Assembly (NCBI GenBank): GCA_964057225.1
Contig: OZ059897.1
Span: forward strand, 7,440,001-7,504,000
Source: Auanema rhodensis
Taxonomy: Eukaryota; Animalia; Nematoda
Length of the DNA: 64,000 nucleotides
Reading direction: 5' to 3'
Below, one piece after another: positions 25,857 through 38,823 of the stretch (position 1 is its first letter; each line of letters begins with the position of its first letter). The notes beneath the pieces were generated by a model, which worked only from the letters and a program-made list of their open reading frames with translations, searched no databases and was not told where the DNA came from. The position numbers were made by a program, and so were the translations under genes.

Positions 25857-27380
25857 CTGAATATTAATTTTAAATATTTTTCTATTTAAACATTAAAAAA
25901 TATTTTTAATTAAAAATTAGATATAGTATAGATGAACGAATATGAAATCAAGAATTCTCAAGACGTGGAATAGACATGTATGTACATGTGTATATGATTC
26001 ACAACCAGACCAGCTTACACAAAACGTTGATAACAAATAACATTTGAAAAGAGAGGAAGAGAAGAAGAGTGGGACTCAGAAGGAAAGAGAGAGAGAAGGG
26101 GATACTGAGTACTGCTAGAAAAGATGAGAGAGAGTTAGAGAGGTAAAAAGAAGAAAAAAAAGATATTAAGAAGGTAATGTGAAATATTTATAAAATTATA
26201 ATGATTATAAACAACTTTGAAACTTTTATATATGATTAAAACTTACTTTTTATCTCTTCTATTCAGCATCCAAACAGTTTGATAACAAATTTTTCTCGAT
26301 GGTAATTATGTGATGATTGTTATCTTTTTTTTTAAATATTTCATCATATTCTGATGTAAATATAATTGTATGTCTTCCTTAAACTTATACATTTCTAATC
26401 ATAAATATAGAAAAAATCATTTTATTAGAAAAAAAAGTAAAAAAAAAACAATAAAATTGTATTATGTACAACATGACTAGATTTTTTCCAATGAACTTCA
26501 ATAAGTTCAAATTGAAGCATCAGCACAATAAAAACAAAAAAATGGCACAGGATATAGAGCTTTAAGCTCAAAAAAGTATAAATGCGGTAATGTAATTATG
26601 TATATTGGAAGTAAAATACATCTTAACTATCTTTTAAAGCTTTAATTTGAACGTGTGTAATAAATTTCAAGCTGTTTGAGTAAAAAAATTTACAAAAGAA
26701 AATAAAATAAAATTGAATATTAGCAATATTAATAGAATAAGATGTATTTTACAACTTTTTACTATTCTCAATAGAGCTTAAAGGGAAAGATAAAAAGGTG
26801 ATCATGTGAATTGCATCAAGGGGTGGGGGGACAAGGGGGAAAGGATTGAACTCATAAATTTTTATTTGAGGCAACATCATGAACCGAGATGAAAGTATTT
26901 TAGAAGTCTTCGAAACAAAATCTGCATAGAACTGTCATAACCGGGAAATTGAAATACGTTGTATTAGCACAAAATGAGTTGCAACTAAGTTTGTAGATAG
27001 GAAGGCATGATGAAGCTTAGACTTATAAGGGGGCATGGGAAACAAGCTGAAGGACAGAATGATCAGTGCTGTTTATAATACTGAACAATTCTGATCTATA
27101 TATCCATATAATATATAGATAAAGATTTGAATAAGAATATCTATAATCTAATTCTGATTGAAGAATCTCTAATCTATATATATATAGTACAGAGATACTT
27201 GATCTTAACTTATAAAAGTAAATTTAAATAATATGAATGGCAAATATGAAAAAGACATATATATATATGGAGAAATGAGAAAAGAGAGAGAGAAATTAAA
27301 TTTTTCCTGATTTGTTTGTAAACTGTAATTCCATTTTCATTATATTCAAATGAATATTCTATTTGAATTATATGAAAATA

Positions 27381-30300
27381 TCAAATTGAGGTTGTTGGCA
27401 ATCGATCTTGACTGCCAGCAATCGAACTGTATGATGGTGGTGGCGACGATGGCCTATATTGTGGATTCTGAAAAACAACAGTTAGAAAGAATAGTAAGTT
27501 TAAAGAATAAATATCAGATTATTCTACATCGAATAAAGTTTACGTACCGTTGCTGGTGGTGGTACTGGAGCAGTTGGTCCAATAGTTGTGGGATTGTAAG
27601 CATTATAACTTGAACTGATTGTAGCAACTAGTGGACGATTTTGGTCCATCTATAATAAATGTAAATTAACTATTCGTATATTTATCATAAATGAACAAAT
27701 GAAATAAATAAAGAGAAAACGTACAGCCATCTGTTGTTCAGCCTCATATTGACGGTATTTTCGGAGGCATTTCTCAACATCGCGAGGGTCAAGTGGCTTA
27801 TCATATGGCTCCTGTCCAGCCTTAGAGTACGTAAGAGAGAACGGCCCAAAGCAATCACAGAAGCAACCACGAACCATCTGAAAATCAGTAATCATAGATC
27901 ATCATATAGTGAATTGAAGATAAATATAAAGTTCATAAAGATTAGAATATAACATCAGAAAGACATGTTGTTTGTTGTTGTAAGACACATTGGCTTAGTT
28001 GGATGTTTCGACAAAAAAATTGAAAATGCTAGAAATTGAGCAAAACGTGATTGCTTTCAAACAAGAAATACAGAGAAAAAGCATGGATGAACAAGTCTGC
28101 AAGTAGCTTGTTATCTGAAGAGCTCGAACAATCAGATGGCAGCATTGAAGAACAAATAAAAAAAAGCCATGAAGAGCCATGATGAAGTTCTTACTTTCAG
28201 GCTTATCCTGCAGCTTGATCTACAAAAGCCGATCCAACGAATCTCATTGTCATGGCATGATCGTGATCAATAGAGGAATAAAGAGGTTAAAACTGCGAAC
28301 TGATCTCAAATATCGTTGGAATTGAAACAATTTCCGCATTTTATTCATACTATTCTATTTTAAAATAGTGCTGAGCAAACATTTAGTCAACATACCCTCG
28401 GGCATATTCACTTCTATGACCTTATCAGAATAGACTGAAAAATCCAAAAATAGCTTTTTTTTAGATATGAATAGACGAAGAAATGCGTAGACATATGTGC
28501 TATAGATTACTAATAACTGGTTGAAACATAAAGCCCCGCAGCCCACCCAGCAATTCTTTCTCGTCTGGTGTTCTCTGACAGCCGAGACATGCTCTCTCAT
28601 TTGTGCATTATGTTTTCTCACAAACTCCACGCTTGTATATAAGAGCTGCCATCAGAAAATTGCCTCAAGGCATAAAAGGAAAAATGAGAAAATCAATAAA
28701 GAACATGCGTAGCTTAGTAGATGAGACCAGCTAAAGTTGTTGAGCTTTTTGCTATTTCATCTTTCATCATAGAATTCTTTCAAGCAGCAATCTTTCATTC
28801 AAAATAAAACAAAGAAAAATATTGCCAAAGAAAGTGATCTTAAAGATTTGAATAGAGAATTCTTTTATAGCCAATACAGCATAAAAAGTAAAAACCTAAA
28901 GCTTAAAGGAACAAAAAAGGAAGTTGTGTTAATGCTGGAGCAGGTCAACAGTGACACGAGAAATGTAAGAGCTGTCTTACGAGTCATATTTAAAGATTGA
29001 ATCAATTTTTAGTTGGAACTTTCCAAGTTTAATAAGATCATTCTACCAAGTTTTGCAATTAAAATGCCCACGTGAGATCAGTTCAATCATAAGTGAGCGT
29101 CATATAATAGCTCCAAGACCATTTCGCAGCTCGTTCAAATGTTTGAACTATCATTTATCATCTATACTAGTATAATTAATGAATAAAATATAAAATCATA
29201 TGAAATCAGTCTGTTAAACATAATCAAAAACTTATTTTCAACTTGAGAAGAATTTGAAAAAAATTGAATATTGAACACTGAGCATTGAGCAGAAGAACTT
29301 GATTCAAAAGACACTTAGGAAAGGGAGGATGTAACTTCAACACCATTCGAAACAACAAAACATGTAAAACAACTACAGTTTAATGTTTTATATGCCCTTT
29401 ACTAAGTCATATCACAGCTAACTATGAATATCTACAAAATATAAAAAAATTGAAGCTTCAATAATGTATATCTCATACAAATATAGTTAAAGCTAGCTTT
29501 TCAATTAAATATATTATATAAATTATGCTTATTATAAAAGAAATGATGAATTTTAATAATGAAAAACGAGCAAAAACGATAAAACTGACATAATGGTCAC
29601 AGGTTTATGTCAACATACATGAGTCTACTTACGTCCCTGCAAACTTCTACTATCACATCACCTCTGACACAATTCTCTTTTATGCATTTAAAAAGATTTT
29701 TATTGTTTCTTGCATCTATGAATATCTTCATATTGAAGTTCAAAATATTTAAAAGAAAAGAAGTAAATAAGGAAGAGCTGCAAACGATTCCAAAGCTCAT
29801 TTTCCCCTTCTTCTTCTTCTTTTTCATCTTCTTTCTTAACTTCACTCAGGGAATACAGAACACATTTTACTTTGATTTAAGACATTAACATTTGGAAAAA
29901 CATATTTTATCAAAGAGATGATTAAGATAAATGGCTAGGAAGTTGATCAGTAAAGTTGCTTTAACTCGAACATCGACGTGACAACTGACTCAAAAATCTA
30001 AAAAATACTTCAAAACAGCTGATGAAACGTCAGAACATACTTATCTTATCGGTTATGACTCAGATTTGTTTCATACTAACAATCATGTTTCTTTCTCAAC
30101 GTGAAGATTATGAAAATTTCAAAACCTATGGGGACGACAATTGCATAACAACTGTGAACGACGTGAACCTAGAAAGCTGTAGATCTTCCGAATGATGAGG
30201 ATATAGGGATTAGCAAAAACTAACAGCCCTATAATCGCCGGTAATCAAACAGTTCAGAATGCAACCGCTTCGTGCGATATATTGGATTGCGGCTAAATGG

Positions 30301-33128
30301 GTAATGTGAGTAAAAGCCATCAATCTTGCCGAATCAACCAAGGTTTAGGATTAATGCTAAAAATCCTCAAATCAATGAAAAAACCTTCTTTGCTCTTGTA
30401 AACGAGCTGAGATGATGAAATTCATAAACTAAACCAGCATTCAACGAGTACACCAACGAAATCATCTATGAACTTCAAAAAACATATGTTAAGGGGGGGG
30501 AACTACGAAGAAATTAATGTCTGACGAAAAGTCAGGTATTTACATATGTTGTGCTTCAACTTAGAATGAACTTAATGATGAAGCATACAACGTAAAGAGT
30601 TTATAGTGTAAAAAATGAAAGAAAAACTATTGGAAGCCACATGTTCATGTGTTTCATAGCTAGATTTTAGATTATATAGATTTCATGCTAACTATATAAT
30701 GTTTCTATAATAGGTCAGTAGCAAAATAAGAAACATGTGTATAGCTACATCCAGCTAGCTATTGAAATGTGTGGAAAGAGAAACGAGAAAAGAGGTCTGC
30801 GGCTGGGACATCGGCGGGGTTTGGTCAGAAGTAATAGCAACATAAAAAAGATCTCAAGTCAACATGTGAATGTTGGAGAGAACAGAGAAGCAGGATGCAC
30901 GATGTGGCATGCTCGGCTCAACGGCAGCGACGGCGGGCAAAGAGAGAAGTCGAAACTGAAAAGGGCTCAGCTCTTATACTCAGTCTGTTTTTAGTCGAAA
31001 CGAACTAACTATAGCTCATCGATCTGGAGAGGAAGCCTTGAGACAGAGAAGCAAAAGACTCTGCTGTAGGCTTCAATGAATTAGCAATGCATAAGATAAC
31101 TATAGAATAATGGCCTGAGGCTACATTTAAAAGTTAAGTTACACCATATGATAAGTGATCAAGCATGAGAGGCTCATTATAAATATGCTGATTGGTTTCA
31201 TTAAAAAGAAAATTAAATTTGAAATCAATAGCAATAACAAAATCTGGCTGAAAACGTTTGCAATATATGCAGCAAATATTCCATTTCGAAATTAGAATTT
31301 TCATCATTCCGCCTTTTTCTTTATGAATTATCTGAAGGATGCATTCTTTATAGAATCGTCATGGGAATCGGCGTAACCTCAATCCAGGCTTTCTCTCAAG
31401 CTTTTTGATTCATAAAATCTGTTCGTTTTATATTCACATCATCAAGTATTTGCCTAACGAAATCTATATCATTCATCATCTGCATACGTAGTTTTTATGA
31501 GAAAAATGAAGAAGAAGAAGATATATCTTGACAAGAAGTATTGTAGAAGAATCATCGAATAGACTTGAATAAGGATGCGTGGGAAAAATAGAAATATGAA
31601 GTGATTACATAGTGATTCGAAAGCTCCATACTTCTTTCTTCATATTACCTACCAATGTCATCTAACTAAGCCTTCACATTGAAGTCATTTCTTCTTTAAT
31701 TTTTTATGTTTAAAATAAAAAGTCGTACCATGAATGTGATGATGAAGAAGGCTAGTAGCACCGCAGCAAGCACGATAATCATTGATATTTTTTGTAGACT
31801 GATATCCGAAGTTAATGATAATGAATCACCAGCTGATTTTAGGGCAGCAGATTCAGCAGACTGAACGAGAAACTCACAGGATGGACCGAATGTGCCAGTT
31901 GGACATCTAAAATGTAAATTAATTAGAATTTTGACGCCAAAATATGAAGATAGACATAACAAAATATATGAAAGCCGCATGTCTCATACATTCACAATGT
32001 GTTTGAGACTTTATATAGCTGTTATGTTATATGTGACCTTAGTAGTATACAATATGAAAAGCATCGAAAAGCAACAAAATACGAAATTCAAATACTTGTT
32101 GTTAAAGATACATTTTTCCGGTTTCAAACAGCAAAAACATTCTCATGATAATATAAACTATCTAGGCATTAACAGCTTCTGTTTTTCCTTTTTTTTCCTC
32201 TTCAATATAAAAGAAAAATGAATATTTGAAACAGAAAGATGAGAAAAAGAAACTTTTTTTAGGCAAATCAGACAGAATAGCCGACAATAAGACAAAGATG
32301 GCTGGGGTCAGGCTAAACAATGCTTCTTCAGCAGCTGCGTTGGTCATGATGCAGTGAAGTCGAGATGCAACAAAACCCATTTTTGTGTATTGAGCAAAGA
32401 AAAAAAAAGAATGAGAAAATAGAAATATTGTGACGATTGAAAATGATAAATGAGAAAATATAAAACGAGAAGATATATGCGAATGCACATACAGATCAGA
32501 AGAATGGAACAGAATAGTTGGACAAAACGTTTGACTGAAGTCTTCATTTGCAAACTATATTTTTTATGTTTTTTAATCGTCTTGGCACAATATTGCAAAT
32601 GTTGAAGTAGAATTAAGCTGCAGAATGGCTCCGTCAAGCTTTAAAGGAGTAAAGAATTTTCGTTGGGTGGGCGGAGCAAAAGCACGTGAAACGAGCCGTA
32701 AAGTACATTGAGCTACTCAAATTCAGAAAATAGATGAAGAAGATTAAAAAATGATAACTTGAAAATGTACTTGGAGTTAATGATTCTTCTAATGCATCAA
32801 AAAATCGCTTTTTATGTGATTGAAAAGAGAGCATATTGGCAAAACATGCCCTCAGGAGTGAAATGTGCTCTTGGCTAGCGACAAGCTTGGCACATAACGC
32901 GCCAGATGTGGTGAGCAAAATTTTTTTATAAACATATAGCTGTTTGTGAAAAAATGAAAATAGATAGAAATAAAAAGAAGATATCAAAGCGAAAAAAAGA
33001 GAAATGTTTGAAAAACCGAAAAAGCTATAGAGAGGAAGATGAAAAATAAGAGGGAATATAGACATTACTAGCTAGATAGAGAAAGAGAGAGGGGGAGAAA
33101 GAGAGAGAGAGAGAGGGAGAGAGAGAGG

Positions 33129-33166
<38 letters not shown>

Positions 33167-35692
33167 GAGAAAGAAAAAGAGAGAGAGAGAGAGAGAGAGA
33201 AAGAAAGAGAGAGAGAGAGAAAGGTGAATGATGTAAATAATAAAATTTACAAGAGTTGAATGATAATATTAAAAGTTTTCTTTCATTTGATATTAAGAGA
33301 AAATAATAACTTATTAGTGGACATGTGTATTTCGAAAGTATTAAACGAGCGAAAAAACTTTGAGAAGGAGGAAGTGATCAGTTGAATACCTTTTAAAAAG
33401 TTTCTAAAGTGAAAAACATTCTTCCTGATTATTTTGCAGACGTTCAGAGAAAAAATATGAAACGAATTTGAAGAGTTTTATAAAGAATTTAAAGTAGATA
33501 CATAACAAATGATGAAGTTTTCTCCAAAACTTGTGGAGAAATATGAAAATGTAAATTCTCACAAAACGAAATATCTGAATAAAGAGGTTGAGCAAGGAAG
33601 AGCTTCTAGAGACAAGAGAAAATACGTGAAACTACTAGATAAAGAATAGGAAGAGACTACAACAGACAGAGAGAAGAAGACGAAAAGCACGTAAAAGAGA
33701 AATTGCTTGTGTTTTCATTAAGTCTTAGTACGACAGATTAACTGACGATTATCAGCTGTATACAGGAAATTACACATAAAGCCTTGTAAAACAAGAGAGA
33801 ATGAATGAACGAAGAAATTATAAATGTACCTATCTATTGATATAAAACTGAAATTGATTAGATAATATAAGAAAAAGATAATTATCCTTCTCCCTCCGGC
33901 TATACAAGTGTATTTCGGTTAATAGCCAAAATACATAGCTTAAAAATGTTTGAAGAAAAAGGACAAAAAATTAGAAAAACATCATCAATGTGGGGGAGGA
34001 AGATGAACCAACGATTCTTTTTAAACTTAATAATGTAAATAGTAAAGCAGCAAAGCAAATACATCATATGAGAGCTGGAAAATGGCTATAGGGCTGCGAA
34101 CAAGCTCAATGATCCAATCGAACACAGCATAACTTTGTAGTGAAAGTATAAGGTTTTTATAAGAGCGAATAATGTAAGCACATCATCTGTATACAGGGAT
34201 GATATAGCTGAAGAAAACTGTTTTCAAATAAAAATTTAAATCTGAAAGATCTGCATTTGATTGCGATGAAACAGCTGCATAACATAACTCGGTAGCTTAA
34301 ATGACAGAAGGAATAAGATAGAAGGAAAAGCCAGCAAAGTGGCAAACTGAGAAAATGAAAAGATGAAGAAGGAGGAGCGACAGATAGGCTTGGCTAATGA
34401 TGATCCGGATGGTTAGAGTGTGGTAGCAGCATTTGATATTGTAATAGAGTGCAAAACAGCCTGAGGGTGAACAAAAGGTATGGGAGGAGCATAGAATATA
34501 GATGACGAATCCGAGTTGAAATATAAATTAATTGGGAATAATTGAGAAAAAAAATTAAATTAATTTTTACTCAGAACAGAATTAATTATAATTACGAAAA
34601 GCTCAAACACTGAATAATAGGAAAATAAAAATTGTGCTTTGATACGATCGTCCTCCATTAGATGCGTTTATGAATCAGTATGAGAACACATCTTAAGGAG
34701 GTTAAGCTGCAGATCAGAAGACCTAATGCCACGATTGTAAGAGCAATGATGATGAAATGAAAAAAGTCAGTTTTTTCGTGTCGATAAAGGTGAATGAATA
34801 GAGAGGGAGTCAAGAAGAGAGTGAGAGAGAGACAGCAAAGAAAAAGAGAATGAGAGACTGAAATAGTTCAGAGGAATGTGATGAGGTTGAAGCTACTGTA
34901 ACAAACTATCACATTACATCTAGGCAAATAGAGCAAACGAAAGGGTGTTAGATGAAAATGAGAACATGTTGAGAATTATTCTGGTAAATCAGATGATACT
35001 TCATCCTAATATTTCATTAATGATGAAGCGAAAAATAGCTTTTTTTCCTAATTGAATGATGCAATCTGTTAATATTGAATATGATTTGATACATCTTACG
35101 TATATCTACGATACATATCAAGAACAATTCAATAATATCAACGATAGTCTTCTGACAAATCATTATAGTTAACGATGTTGTGAGACGTTTCAATGTTATA
35201 TAGTGAAAGCTTATAGTAAAATAAATAAAAAACATCTTGAAACGAATCAATTGAAAGCAAAAGCTACTCATATGACATGGTTAATATTAGACTATATTCA
35301 TATAAATATGAAAATAGTAAAAAGAGAAAATTCATACCTGCATGATAAATCGGCTTTATAAGCTTGAAATAGTGCTTGATCCGCTGTTGTCATGAAGGTT
35401 ACATTGAATAAATCACAGTTTGATATATTGGTACCAGCTGATTGAACATCATGTAATCGTGGTATTGATAATGTACTATTCTCATCTGATTCAGATTCCA
35501 TTAACAGTATACCTATATATAGATATATGTATTATTATTTGTTCATATAATATATAAAATACCTGCTGTGTCTGTTGCCATCCACTCAGTTGGATCCATT
35601 TGACGTGTAAACTTATGGTTTATATCCTGATGAAAGTCAATGAAAGGCTGGCCACCATAGCAGCAGAGAAGCAGCAAATGCTGCAGATCCAT
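27381..35692 (-). CDS. Orphan single-pass type I membrane protein with a partial EGF-like module (6 exons, ~3.4 and ~3.9 kb introns)
   Basis: Exons 35692-35563, 35512-35338, 31906-31729, 27877-27725, 27649-27548 and 27467-27381 join in frame with GT-AG sites. The product reads ...NCDLF...DLSCRCPTGTFGPSCEF..., TM ISMIIVLAAVLLAFFIITFMMV, tail RGCFCDC...PPPSY...PTTSI*. More upstream exons are possible. Confidence 0.75.
33073..33220. repeat. (GA)n compound microsatellite
   Basis: ~150 bp interrupted GA run in an intron of the EGF-like gene. Confidence 0.95.
33221..33341 (+). repeat. Copy 1 of a 121-bp dispersed direct repeat attached to (GA)n
   Basis: AAGGTGAATGATGTAAATAATAAAATTTACAAG...GGACATGTGTATTTCGAAAGTAT matches 38703-38823 with one mismatch. 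Confidence 0.93.
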
Positions 35693-38675
35693 AGTCTGAA
35701 AAAATGAATTTTTTTTGTTGTTGTAAAAATTAATATTTTAATCAAATATTAAAAAAAATAATAATGAACGCATATGATATAAATAAAAAGAAATATTAAT
35801 AAAAAAAACTTTAAAACAAAGAAAAAAAGTTGTATTTTCAATTATTATTGTTTATGACAACCTATTAATCACTTATTATAATTCATCGATTTTACTATAT
35901 CATATAATATATGATGAAGATCATAAATATTTTAATAATTAGATGAATTTGGAGAGATGAAGCACAAAGTTGTTTTGCTCTTTGTGTCAATTCCGTCTTA
36001 ATCCTCCCTCTAAAACTGAATAGACCGTCAGCTGTTTTACAGTTAACTATGCAAGGTATATTCCTATCTAATCTAATGCAATGTTACATATAAGCAGCTG
36101 ACTTACAATGAGTAAATACATAGATTTGAGACAGATGAATGAATGAATGAATGAAAAGGGGAATAAACAGAGAAAACTATTAATTTACATTACCTTCATA
36201 TACATACATACTTTTCTTCTAATTATACACATAGTTAGTTAAACTATATAGTAATAAGAAGAAATTAACGTTAAAAAGGCATTCAGCAAAAAGATTTTCC
36301 GTTTTTTTTGAATAGAATGGAATGACAAAGTCGAAAAAAACAAAACAATGTTTGGCTAATGAAAAGCGGCTATGAACAAGCGATTTGCTATTTAAAATTA
36401 AAGAAATACCTTAGCACCAATAGAGGATTTGAGATTTTTTTAGTGAAAAGCCAGCTAGTTCTTGCTGTTCAAACCACATACCATATATGCTAATTATGTA
36501 AATTTCTTATAATATGCTAATATGTTACTGTTTTGGCGCTAACTATTACTATTGATCACAAAAAAAAACTCTTATCTTAACATAACAATAATCATCAAAT
36601 ACATTATTTTTCAAAAACAATTTAAAAAAATAAAAAACAAATGTAAATGATGCTTGAGAATGAATAAAAATAGCAAATGATTGTTTAGTATGACTACATC
36701 TTTCTAAGAATATTACATTAAATCAAAAAAAAAAACCTAAGATTAAGCTTTAATTGAATGAAAAAACCGACCTTATCTTAAGATTTTCTTGATTAGAAAT
36801 AACATTTTCATTTTATTTTTGGTCAAATATAAATTATAGAGCAGGTTGTACTATGTAATTAAAAGATATATTATATATAAATATAAATATAGTATATAAT
36901 AATATCAATAAACTTTATATATAAATAATATTAGATAGTTTTAATGATATTAACTATATAACATATTTATTTATATAAAGATTTAATAAATAAATTTACT
37001 TAGGAAAGCACAACTCAATATTTTAAGCTTTCTCTACTATTTATGGGAAGAAATGCTGGACATGAATGAAAAATGCTGCTCTAAGAATAAGCTGAAATAT
37101 AGAAAAAACTTCAATTGAACTTCAATTGTTTAAAATAAATAAACTTAAAAATATATTTGAATAATATTAAAATGGAAGATGTTAATAAGTAATTGCATGT
37201 CCTCATCTGTTGTAACGTTATGTTTAGAGCAAATGGGCCAAATATGAGGCTGTGTCCGGGGGGTTTTAGAGAGGGGTGGCTAAAAATCCGTCCAAGTGGT
37301 GAGTACTAGCATACATCGCTTATGAATGAATGTTGAATAGAAATAACAAAAGCTCAAGTAGAAGTTTCAAAAGAACCAATATTGGTAGAGTAAATTGTTT
37401 TTTTTTGTTTTATTTTTTTAAAATATTTATTATTTAATTATTAAAAAATAATTTTTCGAATTTCAAAGATCTTGTTTAGAGTTTGGACTTACACACTATG
37501 TGCATGTGTGTCGGTGTGAGTGTGAGTGTGAGTGTGTATGTACATGTGTATCTCTCGGAACAACAACCTTTATCTCAAAATTCTTTTTTCGATAATCTTA
37601 AAGATTTTTTAACATTTACTGACAAATTGATTAAGCTACATATAAAAATTATGGATTATACATATCTATGTAATATATATTATATAGATATACTATAACA
37701 TTGTATTAAAACGGAAAGAGAACAACGAATTAGATGACAAGATTGAATCAGAACATTGCCATGTTGTCTTCGACAATTTGGTGATTGTTCGCAGATTTTC
37801 TCGAAGCAATGAATATTTGGTTAGGCTGATTTCCAAGCGGTTAGGGTGGTCAACAGAAACGTTTTTGCCTCATCAGAAACTTGTTGCGCAGACTCACCAC
37901 AATTGCTACATTTGAGAAATTGAACAGAACATATAAGCTTTGGTTATATCATGAGAAAAGAAAGACATTTTGTATTTGTTTCCATTAAAATGGTTGATCA
38001 TGTAAGCTGTTTGAATAGCTATTGTTTCAGCTAATTAGACTGAAATTTGGTTAAGTTGCCTTTTTAAGTTGTGTAAGTTGAACATTGCTCACTTGAAGAT
38101 CATACAGCTGCGCTGATAATTAAGGAAAAAGGTTGTGTGGTAGCCTATTATTGGCAGAATATCATACATACTTACTACAACAGACAACAGAAACATTATG
38201 AGGAAAGGAGAAACAATTGTAAAAGAATAATAAACGAAATGGAAAAATATGAAGACGAGTAAGTGATGAGTCGGAAGAGTACATGCATTTATACAGAAAA
38301 TATTAAGGAATTGAAAGAGAGTAATAAGACATCGAAATAAGACTGAGAGAATACGAGAGCAATTGGATAGGAAGAGTTTGAGCAGCTAGAGAATAACTTC
38401 CAAGTCTCGAAACGCAACAATGAGCTTCTGAGGAGGTCAGGTAAGCTCTACCTCTAGTCGAAATATGTCATTGGTCTTCCAAATGTGGGCGTCCGTCATT
38501 CTTTGTGAAGAAAAAAATTTTTTTTTCGTGAATATTGAAAGAGAGATAGGAACAAGACAAAAGCTTAAACTGATGATGAACAAGCTTGGAATAGTCATTA
38601 GTGTTTTGAATCGAATTAGATGTTTGCATGTACATATACCTCTAAAACTAGAGAGGTGTTTTTTTTTTAAACTAA

Positions 38676-38702
<27 letters not shown>

Positions 38703-38706
<4 letters not shown>

Positions 38707-38823
38707 TGAATGATGTAAATAATAAAATTTACAAGAGTTGAATGATAATATTAAAAGTTTTCTTTCATTTGATATTAAGAGAAAATAATAACTTATTAGT
38801 GGACATGTGTATTTCAAAAGTAT
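38703..38823 (+). repeat. Copy 2 of the 121-bp dispersed direct repeat, preceded by (GA)n at ~38676-38702
   Basis: Identical to 33221-33341 except TTTCGAAAG versus TTTCAAAAG near the end. Confidence 0.93.

Noticed and set aside
32162-33065. Several 97-143 aa Phe/Leu/Ser-rich minus-strand ORFs
   Set aside because: Low-complexity products of purine-skewed intronic DNA, with no splice-compatible links or domain motifs.
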